Source: Macrostomum lignano
Taxonomy: Eukaryota
Reading direction: 5' to 3'
NCBI GenBank assembly: GCA_002269645.1
Contig: NIVC01000037.1
Location: forward strand, 1,335,121-1,399,120
Length of the DNA: 64,000 bases
This document shows positions 12,141-22,773 of the stretch, piece after piece; position 1 is the stretch's first letter, and the number at the start of each line of letters is the position of its first letter. The position numbers and the translations under genes were made by a program. The notes below the pieces were generated by a model. That model saw nothing but the letters and a program-made list of their open reading frames with translations, did not search any database and had not been told where the DNA came from.

Positions 12141-12386
12141 GCTCTAACTAAATCACGAACGTGATGGGTTTCGGCCTTTTCGGCCACCTTGCGGGAAGCC
12201 TTCGGGCCTCAGGTCTCAGAAATAAATCAATTAGAGTCCTGGCCCCCCACTCCTGTCAGATGGTCAGCCCCATGGTAGCTTGATCTGTGGCGAGCAGTCT
12301 AGGTCCTATAGCTAAGAGAGGGACAACGAGAGACATGCAGGGAGAATTTTGAAAGTAGAGATCAGCTATTCCGCAGATTAACTAAC

Positions 12387-12398
12387 CCGCTGCCACCA
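12387..12398 (-). other. Primer-binding-site-like 12-mer TGGTGGCAGCGG (complement of tRNA-Leu 3' end incl. CCA)
   Basis: Plus strand reads CCGCTGCCACCA, the 3' end of eukaryotic tRNA-Leu(AAG-type) as I recall it. It is not directly preceded by a canonical LTR ...CA end. Confidence 0.45.
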
Positions 12399-12904
12399 GC
12401 CCGTGCGACCTGGCTCACCAAACCGGGACTTTCGAAATCGGGCTTCCGACTAGAAGGGGCTTAGCGCTTACCTGCCAACTAGTGTCTTTTTGCTGTCAAT
12501 CTCGAAGTCATAGCCGATGATAAGGGACATTGCTGGGACTCGATCGCATTGGCCATGCAGGTACAGAGGGGGACTTGTGCAGGGGATTCTTGCAGTAGCG
12601 AGACTATGGGGTAGCTACATGTACTATTATATTGCTAAATACGAGGAATTGTAATCCACAGTGACGGAATCGGCTTAGTGCTTCGCAGCTGTAGGCCCGG
12701 GATGATGCTGTCACAAACTTGGTAAATAACTAGCAGGTGCGATGATCTTAATCTTGATGATCGTAGCTGTCGACCGGGGGAATTCGTCCTTGATGATGAT
12801 GGGGGAAGTCGCGATCCGGGGATCAAGAGACGACGTAGAGCTCCGGGAACCAGAAGTTGTGCACATGACTCGAGCAAGTGGTTGGCTGGGTGACAGGTGA
12901 CCGG

Positions 12905-13080
12905 CCAAGTTGAAGTCCGAGCGGGCCCAAAAACGCCGGTTTTATAGCCGCCAACTGGACCGCAATTTGTTATAATGGAACACCTCGACGCTGATTGGCT
13001 GAGCCGATTTGTTATAACTGACGTCAAATTTTCTGATTGGCTGAGCTTGTCTGATTGGCCACTCAAACTCACGTGACCAG
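12905..13080 (-). promoter_or_regulatory. Pol II promoter of LTR-U3 type: 3 CCAAT boxes, CRE, E-box, TATA
   Basis: Minus strand: AGCCAATCAG at 13000-12991 and 13042-13033, GGCCAATCAG at 13060-13051, TGACGTCA 13019-13026, CACGTG ~13070, TATAAAA 12946-12940. Contains a ~42-bp internal direct duplication. Confidence 0.6.
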
Positions 13081-14206
13081 AAGATCCTATCAGTTCCCTC
13101 GGGGCCCATAGCCTGCTGTTAGTAGGCTAGCAAGTTTGGAGCCCATGTGCGAGCGTGAAATTTGGAAAAAAATTGCCTCCTCATTGTAGCGAGCAACTCT
13201 AGCTGGTTGTTGCGAGTGTTAGTTAGCCACTCAAAAAGGTGGAGAAATAGAATGTGGCTGTGCCTGTATATTTATTGTCTGGTAGAACACTGATTCCCGG
13301 TTCATTGAGTGCGCGTTGGGATGTGCTCGAGCAGAGGGAAGTGGATAAGCTGGATGGCGGTCACGGAGTGCAAACTAGGTGCCCGAACTGCCTGCTGCGC
13401 ATGCTACACTCATCATACGCTCTAACTAAAACGTGTATAAGAACTAAAATTACGCGTCAGCTAATTTAACTAATCGTACTATATATTAGCCTTGTACTTG
13501 TATACAACAGTATAGACATTCTAATTGACCGCAATCGCCAAGGATCACTCTTTACGCTACCCCTAAACCCCATGTAGACGTAGGATACCATAACTTAAGT
13601 TCTTACCCAGATGGTACATGTGGCTTGCTGAGCCAAAAGTGAGCCGATTTTTTTCGACTCAAGGCGAGTAGTGAGTGCTTTACGATAGAAAAGGACAAGG
13701 CGTGTATGTAAAAACTGTGATCATAGCATCCTCTCTAAGGCTAACTGCATTAGTTTACGCATTTTTCAAGCATTAAACAAAAATGAACGTTTATAGACTT
13801 TGTTGTATTTTTCCGGCTTTGAGACGTAATGTACGAAATTAATTGCGCGACTTTAAAGTCTCGAATTATGTATATTTCCGGCCGATATATGTCGATGTGA
13901 CCGCGTCGTAGCTAATTCCTTCAAATTTAGTACGACTTTATATCAAAAAAGCTAGTACTAAAATAATAGTACTACTAGACTAGGGTAAAAAAATGTTTCT
14001 TAGTTTAATTGCTGCATACTTTAGTTAGGCTACTTACGCTTCTAGTGCTATGTATGCTATGCCATCCCATCTAGTTGCGATTTTTTAATTTTATAATTTA
14101 CTGATCTTGTTCACTACAAGTATTTTTTTTGTTTATCTTGCTGAAAGTGAAAATTGGAAATAAGTTAGGCCTACTAAATTCATTTATTTATCTCTGGTCT
14201 TAGTAT

Positions 14207-15631
14207 GGTATAAGACCAAGATGGCCACACACCAAGATGGCCACAACATTGAATCTCTTTGGCTCTGCTCTCTTTTTATCATTAATTAGCAACATAGTAG
14301 CTATTGTTATATTAATTAATATGTTTAATCAATCATATTCATAAATACTGATGCAATAATAGATTTGAAACTAATTACCTATAATACAAAAACTTTATTT
14401 TTTCAGTGTTTATGCCAATTTATTCCCTATCATTGATTACATCTATCAAATCTATCACTATCTGTTTATTAATGATATAGTGCCTAAGAAGTACTTAAGT
14501 AATAACTATTTTTATGCACAAATACTGTATTTCTTAGAAAAGCTTATGAAAACTAAATATTTTGTTTAAACGTTGTGATCTATGACTATAAAAATTATTT
14601 TTGGGAATTATTATTTTGGTAAAATTATGCCAATTCATAGTATAAATAGGAGCCCAGATTGGGCCAGGAAAAATAAATCGTGTCCGTTTGCTGCCTCTTG
14701 GTTTCAAATAAGCAAACCTAGTTCGTTCAAACATTGAAATCATTATTCACAGTATTCTAAACACTTAGTTATTTGCTAGAGATTGAAATCCTCACATTGA
14801 GAGCATTAAGATCCGCTAAAAAGCGAGAATCGCCTCAGGGCAGGAAAACATTAGAAAATAGTGAATTCACCTCAGGGCAGAAAAACCGCTTCATAGCGAG
14901 GGAAAGTCGCCTTAGGGCAGGGAAAATATAAAGCTGTGACCCTCTAATCCTGGGAATGCCAGGACTAAGAGATATATTTAAGAGTAGACAGTGCCAATAG
15001 ACTGCTCAGGCAAAAGGTACAGTATATGTACAACCGCTACCATTAGATAAGTAGATGCTACCAATATAAGTAGTACATTTATGCAAAAATACATTAAGTA
15101 GAAAGACAGAATTAATACACCTGTAACAGCTTGGTGGCAGCGAGTAAAGCTAAACAAAAGAATAATTAAGAGCCCTGGGACAGCTTTTAGTAACAGCAGT
15201 GGGGTATTATTAAGAAGGAAGAATCCCCTTGTTACAACTTTGGTAGCATAACGGTAGAATTCTCATAGAGAGCCAAAAGGCCTAGTATATTAAGAAACCA
15301 TTGCTTGCTACTAGGGCCTAATGCTATACAAAAATTAAGATAAATATACAACAAGGCAAGGTATTTATTTTGTGTTAGGCTACTTGCTTGGTGTAGTGAA
15401 TAAATATATATAGGTCAAGCTATAATAAAAGCTAAAGCCAAAGGAATGACTATAATATAGGGCATAGGGGCCTAATATAATACAATTCCAATATAGCATC
15501 TTTTTAGCATCTATTTCTCTAATTATTACCAATAGGAAATAAGTGAAATATATAGACCTAGGCTTATTATTATCTATTTAGACACTTAGAGCTATGGCCA
15601 TCTTGGTATGTGGCTATCTTGGTCATGCACC
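14207..15631. mobile_element. Non-autonomous DNA transposon, 37-bp imperfect TIRs beginning GG, 8-bp TSD CTTAGTAT
   Basis: Left GGTATAAGACCAAGATGGCCACACACCAAGATGGCCA vs right (revcomp) GGTGCATGACCAAGATAGCCACATACCAAGATGGCCA (5 mismatches); CTTAGTAT at 14199-14206 and 15632-15639; AT-rich non-coding interior. Confidence 0.8.
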
Positions 15632-15814
15632 CTTAGTATCATTTATCATCTTTGACTTTTAGTATTTTAAGGGTAGGCCTAGCTATGCCAGAAATTTCTA
15701 GCATATATATTTGGGTTGGCAATTGAAAGTTGACATTTAGTTGGTGTAGCATATCATATTCAATATAAGAAATCATAAAAACTTGGCATATAGGCCTATT
15801 GCAGTAGGCCTAGG

Positions 15815-16364
15815 GGTCACCAATCACTTCGTCTTCAGCAATAGGTCACTTCAGCGACAATCACTTTGGCAACAAGTCACTTCGGCGACAGTCATTTTGG
15901 CGACACATTTGGATCACATCTGAATTAACTTATAATTTGTATCTTATTTTGACAATGCAAAGCAATACCCATAATTGCCCATTTGTTTTGAGCTTGTCTT
16001 TGTTTGACATTTTAATGCATGTTTATTTCGCTTTCTTTATTTCTGCAATGGAGTGACACAGTGTATGTGCCTGTATATGCCAAATAAATTTATAACAATA
16101 CTTATAGTACTATATAATGCAAGTCAATTCGTTTTGTACTTTATTGTATTTATCGTAAGCGTTAATAACAAAATACTGAAAATTTGTATTGCTTTTTTAA
16201 TAAATCTAGATAAATCACACTTTTTAATTGTGAAGTTTCATTGGCAAAAAATACATCCTTTAGCTGTTATTAATTGTTGCCAAAGTGATCCAAATATGTC
16301 ACTGAAATGACTGTTGCCAAAGTGACTTGTCGCCAAGTGATTGTTGCCGAAGTGATTGTAACTT
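15815..16364. mobile_element. MITE-like TIR element with subterminal repeats, 8-bp TSD GGCCTAGG
   Basis: Left end has repeated CAATCACTTCGG/AAGTCACTT motifs mirrored at the right end (CCGAAGTGATTG); GGCCTAGG at 15807-15814 and 16365-16372. Confidence 0.7.
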
Positions 16365-16594
16365 GGCCTAGGCCCTTAGTATTTAACTTCATATATATAA
16401 AAAGCTTTACAAAAAGCATTCAATTTAACAAAGATTTTCTCTAGGCTCTAGCCCATTGTCAAGAAGGTGTCCAGTATAAGCCAGAGTTTTTTAGTCAAAA
16501 TTTTAGGTTTATGCCAAGAATGCATGCCAAAAATTAGAAATTTAATTTATAATTAGGTATAGGCCTAGCCTAGCCCATTTCAATTAAAAAAAAT

Positions 16595-17130
16595 TGGCAA
16601 AACACTTTGGGAGAGTGAATTTTAAGTTTAAATAGATGTACATTTTGGCAAAAGAAAATTAAGTTTGGCAAAAAGATGGACTATAGATGTATATAAATTG
16701 CAAATATACCACTTTGGTGATTGAAGCTTTTAAGAAACTGTTCATTGCTGTAAATTATTGGCAATTAAAAAATTAAAACTCATGACTTAGCTCATAGCTA
16801 TGTTATCTATGCAATCAATAGATTAAGGATGATGATAATATAGATTTTTTAATTTCTAGTTTCTAAAATTGTATTTTGAAATCTTGCCATAATAGAATGG
16901 CAACTAATAAAACAAGTTAATTAAACTACAATAGAACAAAAATATGTCACAATAAAATTTGTCTTTCTAAAGTTTCTCATTTTTCTTTTTAGCTTTCTTC
17001 TAAGAGAAAAATTCTTTAGCAGAACTTGGAGCAAATCTTTGGTCAAAATGGTCAACTTTAGACAAATAGTCACTGAAAGTATTTTTTGCCATTATTGACT
17101 TTTGCCAAAAATTCTTTCACCAAAGTGGGT
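16595..17130. mobile_element. Decayed TIR element (CACTTTGG...TTTTGGCAAAA mirrored as TTTTGCCAAAA...CCAAAGTG)
   Basis: Imperfect inverted similarity of the two ends; no clear TSD. Confidence 0.4.
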
Positions 17131-17789
17131 TGAAACCCTATAATTTAATGTATGCCAAAATTTCAAAATTGTGACCTTACTGTTTTGCACTGCAAAAATG
17201 AAGGGCCTTTTTGTTTCAATAATCAAGGACCTTTTTCCCTTGTTATATTTGGCGTTTATATACATTATAACAAAATAAGTGTTGTGTCTATTATTTTAAA
17301 ATTTATATCAATTTATAATCATACAAAAAGCTATTTCTTTCGTGTGATTGTGGTCCTATATTAAGTTAATGCCATGTATTTTTGTAACTTGTTTTTTTAT
17401 AGGTTTTATATACTATTGTTTGCTTTAAAGATTTCTATGGTAGTATAGTTAATGTTTTTTATTTTAGTTTCAGCTAGTATATTAAGGTTTTACAAATCTG
17501 ATAGGAAATTAGCAAAATGTTGAAGTTAGCCAGCCAAAGATGGTAGTTATAGTACCCTATATTTTATATCCACATGATATAACAGGTGGAACAACAAAGT
17601 TAAATGGCCTATGAATAAGAATGATATCCAAAGATATCCCTTTGACTTTGTGCAATAATAAGAACATTTCCGAGTAGCTTTGTTTTGTTTGGTATTTGGC
17701 ATTTTTTAAAGCTGCTTTTTGGTTCAAAAATGACTTCTAAGTGCTTAAATTCATGCACTGTTTCTATGTTTTGCTAAACATTTATTAGT

Positions 17790-18370
17790 GACTAGCAGCA
17801 AGTCAATAGTAGTTTCTTTAACTTTGAAGACACTATCAGCTCTGTCTAGTGATTGTATAATACCAGTGTCCTCATTTCATCCATTTGCAATGAACTCTGG
17901 GATCTGGTATACCTTGCATGTCTTCTGCCTAGTGGTCTCTTGTTGCCCCTCTTTCTCATCATTAGACCAACATAATCAGCAACTCACCAGGCTTTTTCTG
18001 GGGCTTAGTCTTCTTCTGAAACTTGTTAACTTCCGCTTGTAACTGGGCAGCCTCCTTGTGCAGTTTTAGCAGACATAACTGCTTCTCTACCTCCGCTAGC
18101 TCATTGTCCAGGCTGCCAGCTGCACCAGATGCTAATCCACCAGGTCCCAGAGTGCCCACAAGCATCCTACTTGGTGTGTGCCAATTGGTGTGTTGCCAAT
18201 AGAAATGGCTGGGTGAATCCCTAGGTTGTGCCCAAGCATGTTCTGAAAGGTATCATACACTTCACAGTCAAAAATCTGTATTCTCCTTATTTTGGGATGT
18301 AAAAAATGCACAGACACCCTGTTGTTTGTATTGTCTGTATTATTTCCTGGGCGTATCATCTCAGTGTCCA
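17790..18370 (-). pseudogene. Possible decayed ORF1-like remnant (coiled coil plus KVYQIPEF), perhaps from a DIRS/Ngaro-type element
   Basis: Broken frames LDNELAEVEKQLCLLKLHKEAAQLQAEVNKFQKK.. then a GTGAG donor-like site and ..KVYQIPEFIANG*; family assignment rests on remembered resemblance only. Confidence 0.25.
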
Positions 18371-18589
18371 CAAGCTGAAAAAGCCTGGAGAAGCCCCCAA
18401 GAAATGCTCTAAAGCTGTTTTCAGAGTTTTTTTTTTCAAATTTGTCCCAACATCAGCAATGCCTACCTTTTTGTGCGAACCATATTTTCTGTACAGTTTT
18501 ATACAGGTGTTAAAAACTATACTTTTCTATCTGGAAAAAGTCGAAAAAAATTGCGCAGGAGCCCTGTTGTTTGCACTTTTGAATTACTT

Positions 18590-19115
18590 AACTTGGCTGC
18601 AGGAAACAGCGAGGAGGCGTTGCCGCCCATTTTGCTAGCCCCTGGCTGCCTAGTGCTGCGGTGTCGTGCAGGGAGTTCCGGTGGCGCCGGTGTCCGCAGC
18701 GCGGTCCCCCTCCGGAGGGTCCAGGAGGTGGACTGTCGCTCGCCCGGTAGCCCTTAGGTAGCGGACGAGCTGGCAGAGATTCTCGGGCCTGAAAACGTCG
18801 GAGAGATCCGGGTTTGGGCCGAGGTGGGTGAGCCTGACCTGAGTAAAGGCGGGGCATTCACAGATGAAGTGCTCCGCATTCTCGACACCGGAGAGGCAGA
18901 ATGGGCATTCCTCACTGCGGATTTTTCCTGGCAAAACGATGACGATGACGATGACGATGACGGTGACGATGCCTGGCAAAACAGCCATGACCCGAGAGGG
19001 CCATGATCACCATCCTGATGTCCCTGCGGTTGAGTCCAAGCAGGGCCCTGCGCAGGGCGGAGGAAGGACAGGGGACAGCCGCGCGGGATTGCCAGCAGTC
19101 AGGGGCGTTAGCCCA
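18590..19115 (-). mobile_element. 3' fragment of a non-LTR retrotransposon (Loa/I/R1-group-like) with C-terminal CCHC zinc knuckle
   Basis: [12 protein letters not shown]...[26 protein letters not shown] / [32 protein letters not shown] = Cx2C-x7-H-x4-C; frame broken at a (CATCGT)n expansion ~18936-18972. Confidence 0.85.
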
Positions 19116-19914
19116 CCTCTCCCTGTTTGCACTTTTACTTTCTGTTAACATTTGGCGCTAGGATTTTTAAACATAAAACTATGCACACGTGACTGTCGGC
19201 TTCAGTTCATGCTGGCCATCCCGATAATACAGGAAGTCCATTCTGTCTGTCTGGTTCCTAGTACCAGTCCTTTAAGTGACCGCTAGATCTGCTCGCTTGC
19301 TTTACTACTAGTCAGCTGTTGCTGTGCCGTCACGGCTAAGCGGCATTGGGCAATATGCAAAAGAATCTTTTACGACAGAACCGGGTCTGTGGGCTCGACT
19401 AAGATGCTTCCTTTCAGTTCTAGCCCTCGCTCTACTGTAAGGACTGAAAACATTTTGCTTTTGAAATCTGCTGTTCTTTTCAGTCGACTTGTCTGTAGAA
19501 TCCCTTGGCATTTTTGTCCAGGCCTACTATATGAAAGGTCTTGCGATCGTTTCTCGACCAGTAATTCGGTGGCGTTTCATTTCTTTGTTGTTGCACTATT
19601 AGCTTCAATTTTTTACTTATTTGCCTTGTTTAATTGCTATCTGATTCGTGAGAACATCGCTATTATCCATATGGAAGGTATTGCCTACTCATTTATCTTG
19701 AGTAGCTATCAAAATCATCCCATTATCTGTGCCTATATGGGCATTGCTTTTTAGCGCTCACAAATTACTTGCCTCTAATCGCCATCGATTACCACCTCCA
19801 CTAGCCTCCATTATCATTCATTGACATTATACTAACTAATCATCCACTACATTAGTCTGTAAGATTCGTTTCTAATCGGAGCATTTACTAGATTCTCTGA
19901 TACTCTGATCTGCT

Positions 19915-20390
19915 CTGGTCTATAATGATCCACTATATTAATCTCTAATGATCCACTAGTTTCGTCTCTAATTATCCACTTGATTCGTCTCTAATGATCC
20001 ACTAGATTAATCTCTAATGATCCGCTAGATTAATCTCTAATGATCCGCTAGATTAATCTCTAATGATCCGCTAGATTAATCTCTAATGATCCACTAGTTT
20101 CGTCTCTAATTATCCACTAGATTCGTCTCTAATGATCCACTAGATTAATCTCTAATGATCCGCTAGATTAATCTCTAATGATCCGCTAGATTAATCTTTA
20201 ATGATCCACTAGTTTCGTCTCTAATTATCCACTAGTTTCGTCTCTAATGATCCACTAGATTAATCTCTAATGATCCGCTAGATTAATCTCTAATGATCCG
20301 CTAGATTAATCTCTAATGATCCACTAGTTTCGTCTCTAATTATCCGCTAGATTAATCTCTAATGATCCGCTAGATTAATCTCTAATCTTT
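19915..20390. repeat. 23-bp minisatellite (CTAGATTAATCTCTAATGATCCG) with palindrome AGATTAATCT
   Basis: Direct reading; two interspersed unit variants. Confidence 0.92.
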
Positions 20391-22773
20391 CTGTAGATTC
20401 ATATTTAATCGTTCACTAGATTCGTCTCTAATCCTGCACTAGATTAGATCTGGTCTTTGAATCGCCCAGGAAAATCACCGAATCTAAAAATATTCCCATC
20501 TTTAAGTTGACCACGTGAATCGCATTAATATAGGCTTCAAGGCAATATTATGCCATTTATAGTTTAGTAAAGTTATGCCATATTTAGTATAGTTAATTAC
20601 AGTTTTACGCTGGATTAGGGATTTATATAGTTTAGAAACTCGTGCATACGAGCGTACTGGTGTGCCAATTTCAGCACCAAGTTTAGTCTATTCTAATTTG
20701 ACCAAGCTTATTTCCTCAGTTGGAATGCCTCTGGAAGGCGGCTTCTTTGGGACATTAAGATTTTTAGGGCCTAGACGTGTGCTTTTTCTCTTGAATTTAT
20801 TTCTATTTGTTTATAGGCGACCAGTCTGGCGAGTCGAAGGCCCTATATAATAAATTGCGCAGCTCTGAGCTCTGATTGGAGTCTGAGTGCGTTGTGATTT
20901 TTTTTGAAAACCAAGTTAAAGTCTGAAAAAGTTTACTGTTGAAGCTTATTGAACTTTTTTTAAATTAGCTAATTTAATTACATTTCAACTAAGCGAGCAA
21001 AATACTCAGCGCGTGTTCTATAGCATGATTTAGGAGTCTTATTTAGGAGAATGGCAGGCAGGCAGACCACACTACTCTTACATTAGTTTCGTGGGATTTT
21101 ACTCTGTCGGCGGCGGGTAACTAACTGGTGTGAGGACTTAGAATGTCGGGGGGGGGGCAATGGGGAGCGAGGTGGGCAACCCATGCTGCCCCGCCACCGT
21201 GCAATTTTATTTGCCTTCTTGGCTTCTGGCTTGCCTGTCTGTCAGCGGCAGGGGCAGGGCTGTGCGGGATGGGAGAGTGTGTATATATATTATATATATA
21301 CCGGTATAGAAGCAGAGGGGAAGAGAGGTCTGTATGGTCAATTTTTTCAACTCCTCGCTCATGCATCTCGCTTGGGTGTGGCCTTACTATCGCCCGTAGC
21401 TTTATTATCTCTCTCTCTCTCTCACCCACTCCTACTTTCTCCCTTCTCCCCATCCTAGTTCCCAATCTCGATCCCAATAGATGATTGTGTTGTGAGCTAC
21501 TGACCGATGTTAGCGCCCCTATAATGCTAGGCTTCTTATATCTATATATCTATTTCTGTTGCTTGAATTGGTACTGGTAGGCTAGCTGGGATAGAAAGAA
21601 CTACGAAGGAAACTGTCTTAGGGTCTGCTGTCGCCGCCGCTTCTGCATGTTCTGACACTTCTAATCTCTCTCATCTGCGATTTCTGTGCACCATTTGACC
21701 CTTCCTTCTCTCTGCAGCCCTCTCCCTCTCTCTGTAGACCCCCCACTTCGCGTTCCATGCCTTCAGTTCTTTTTCTCTCTCCTTTTTTAGGCAATGGATG
21801 GATAGAAGCGCTTTCCTGCCAGTTGAAGTCGGGCCGAGCGCTATTTCGAAGCCTGTTTTTTAGCATTTTTTTCGTCTCTCGTTTTCTGCTTTTTAAGGCT
21901 CCTCTTGTCTTCCTTACCCGTCGTATGGGCGGTTTTTTTAGTCTTGGTCTCTTGTATTTCTTCTTCTTTTTTGCACGCCAGATTTTTCTTGGTTTCTTTA
22001 GATTCTGCTGGTTTGGCGTGCATTTATTGCTGGAGAGAGAGAGAGAGAGTTTTCTGATCTCTTTAGCAGAACCCTGCAAGCCAATGGGAGTGCTTTGGTT
22101 AACTTATTACCTAATGCAATATTCGCCTACGCACACAGTTGGAAGTGCCCGATGACAACTAAAACTGGCGCTATTATATAGAGTATGACCAGCAACACAC
22201 AACCTTGGCATCGAAAGCGCACGAAAGTTTTCTTTTTAAATAAATGTGCTCATCAAAGAAGATCAGTTTGATACACGACAGCTACATACAGGCGTGTATC
22301 GTTACGTGTATGCAATCCCATCGTTAACTGCTTGTTAAAAGCTCGTCGGGAAGACATTGTCGGTAGTGTGTAAGTAGGAAATCAATGGGATTCAGTGCGC
22401 GCAGTATGGGAACATTTTTAGTCGATTTCGCTTCTATCTAGACTTTTCCTCCCTTTTTTACCTTGCCCCTTCATCCTCATTTTGTTCCTAGCTAACCTAA
22501 CGTTCTTCTTTCCTAATTGCTTGCTTCTGCTTTTCCCCAACCAATTGTAACCGTGTGTCTGACTGACAGTCTCTCTGGGTTGGCGGTTGGCTGGCTCTTT
22601 ACAACTAAAATAAGTTATAAATTCCCAGCACTTGTTCCAATCTGTCCATTCCAGCTGCTTGTCCAACGCCTAGTTAGCGACAGGAAGGCGCAGATAAATC
22701 GAGAGTAAAGTGAAGGGGGGCAATCTCTATCACCTGCCCGCTAACAACAGCTACAATAACAAAGAAAGACAAG

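Noticed and set aside
10334-12160. TSD for the RTE-like element (AAATCAC near both ends)
   Set aside because: Only 7 bp, not flush with either end; may be chance.
12405-12420. Second PBS-like TGGTGAGCCAGG
   Set aside because: I cannot match it to a tRNA 3' end from memory.
21618-22079. 153-aa Lys/Arg-rich ORF resembling a protamine or capsid protein
   Set aside because: Reverse complement of T/C-rich low-complexity DNA, non-ATG start, no recognisable motif.
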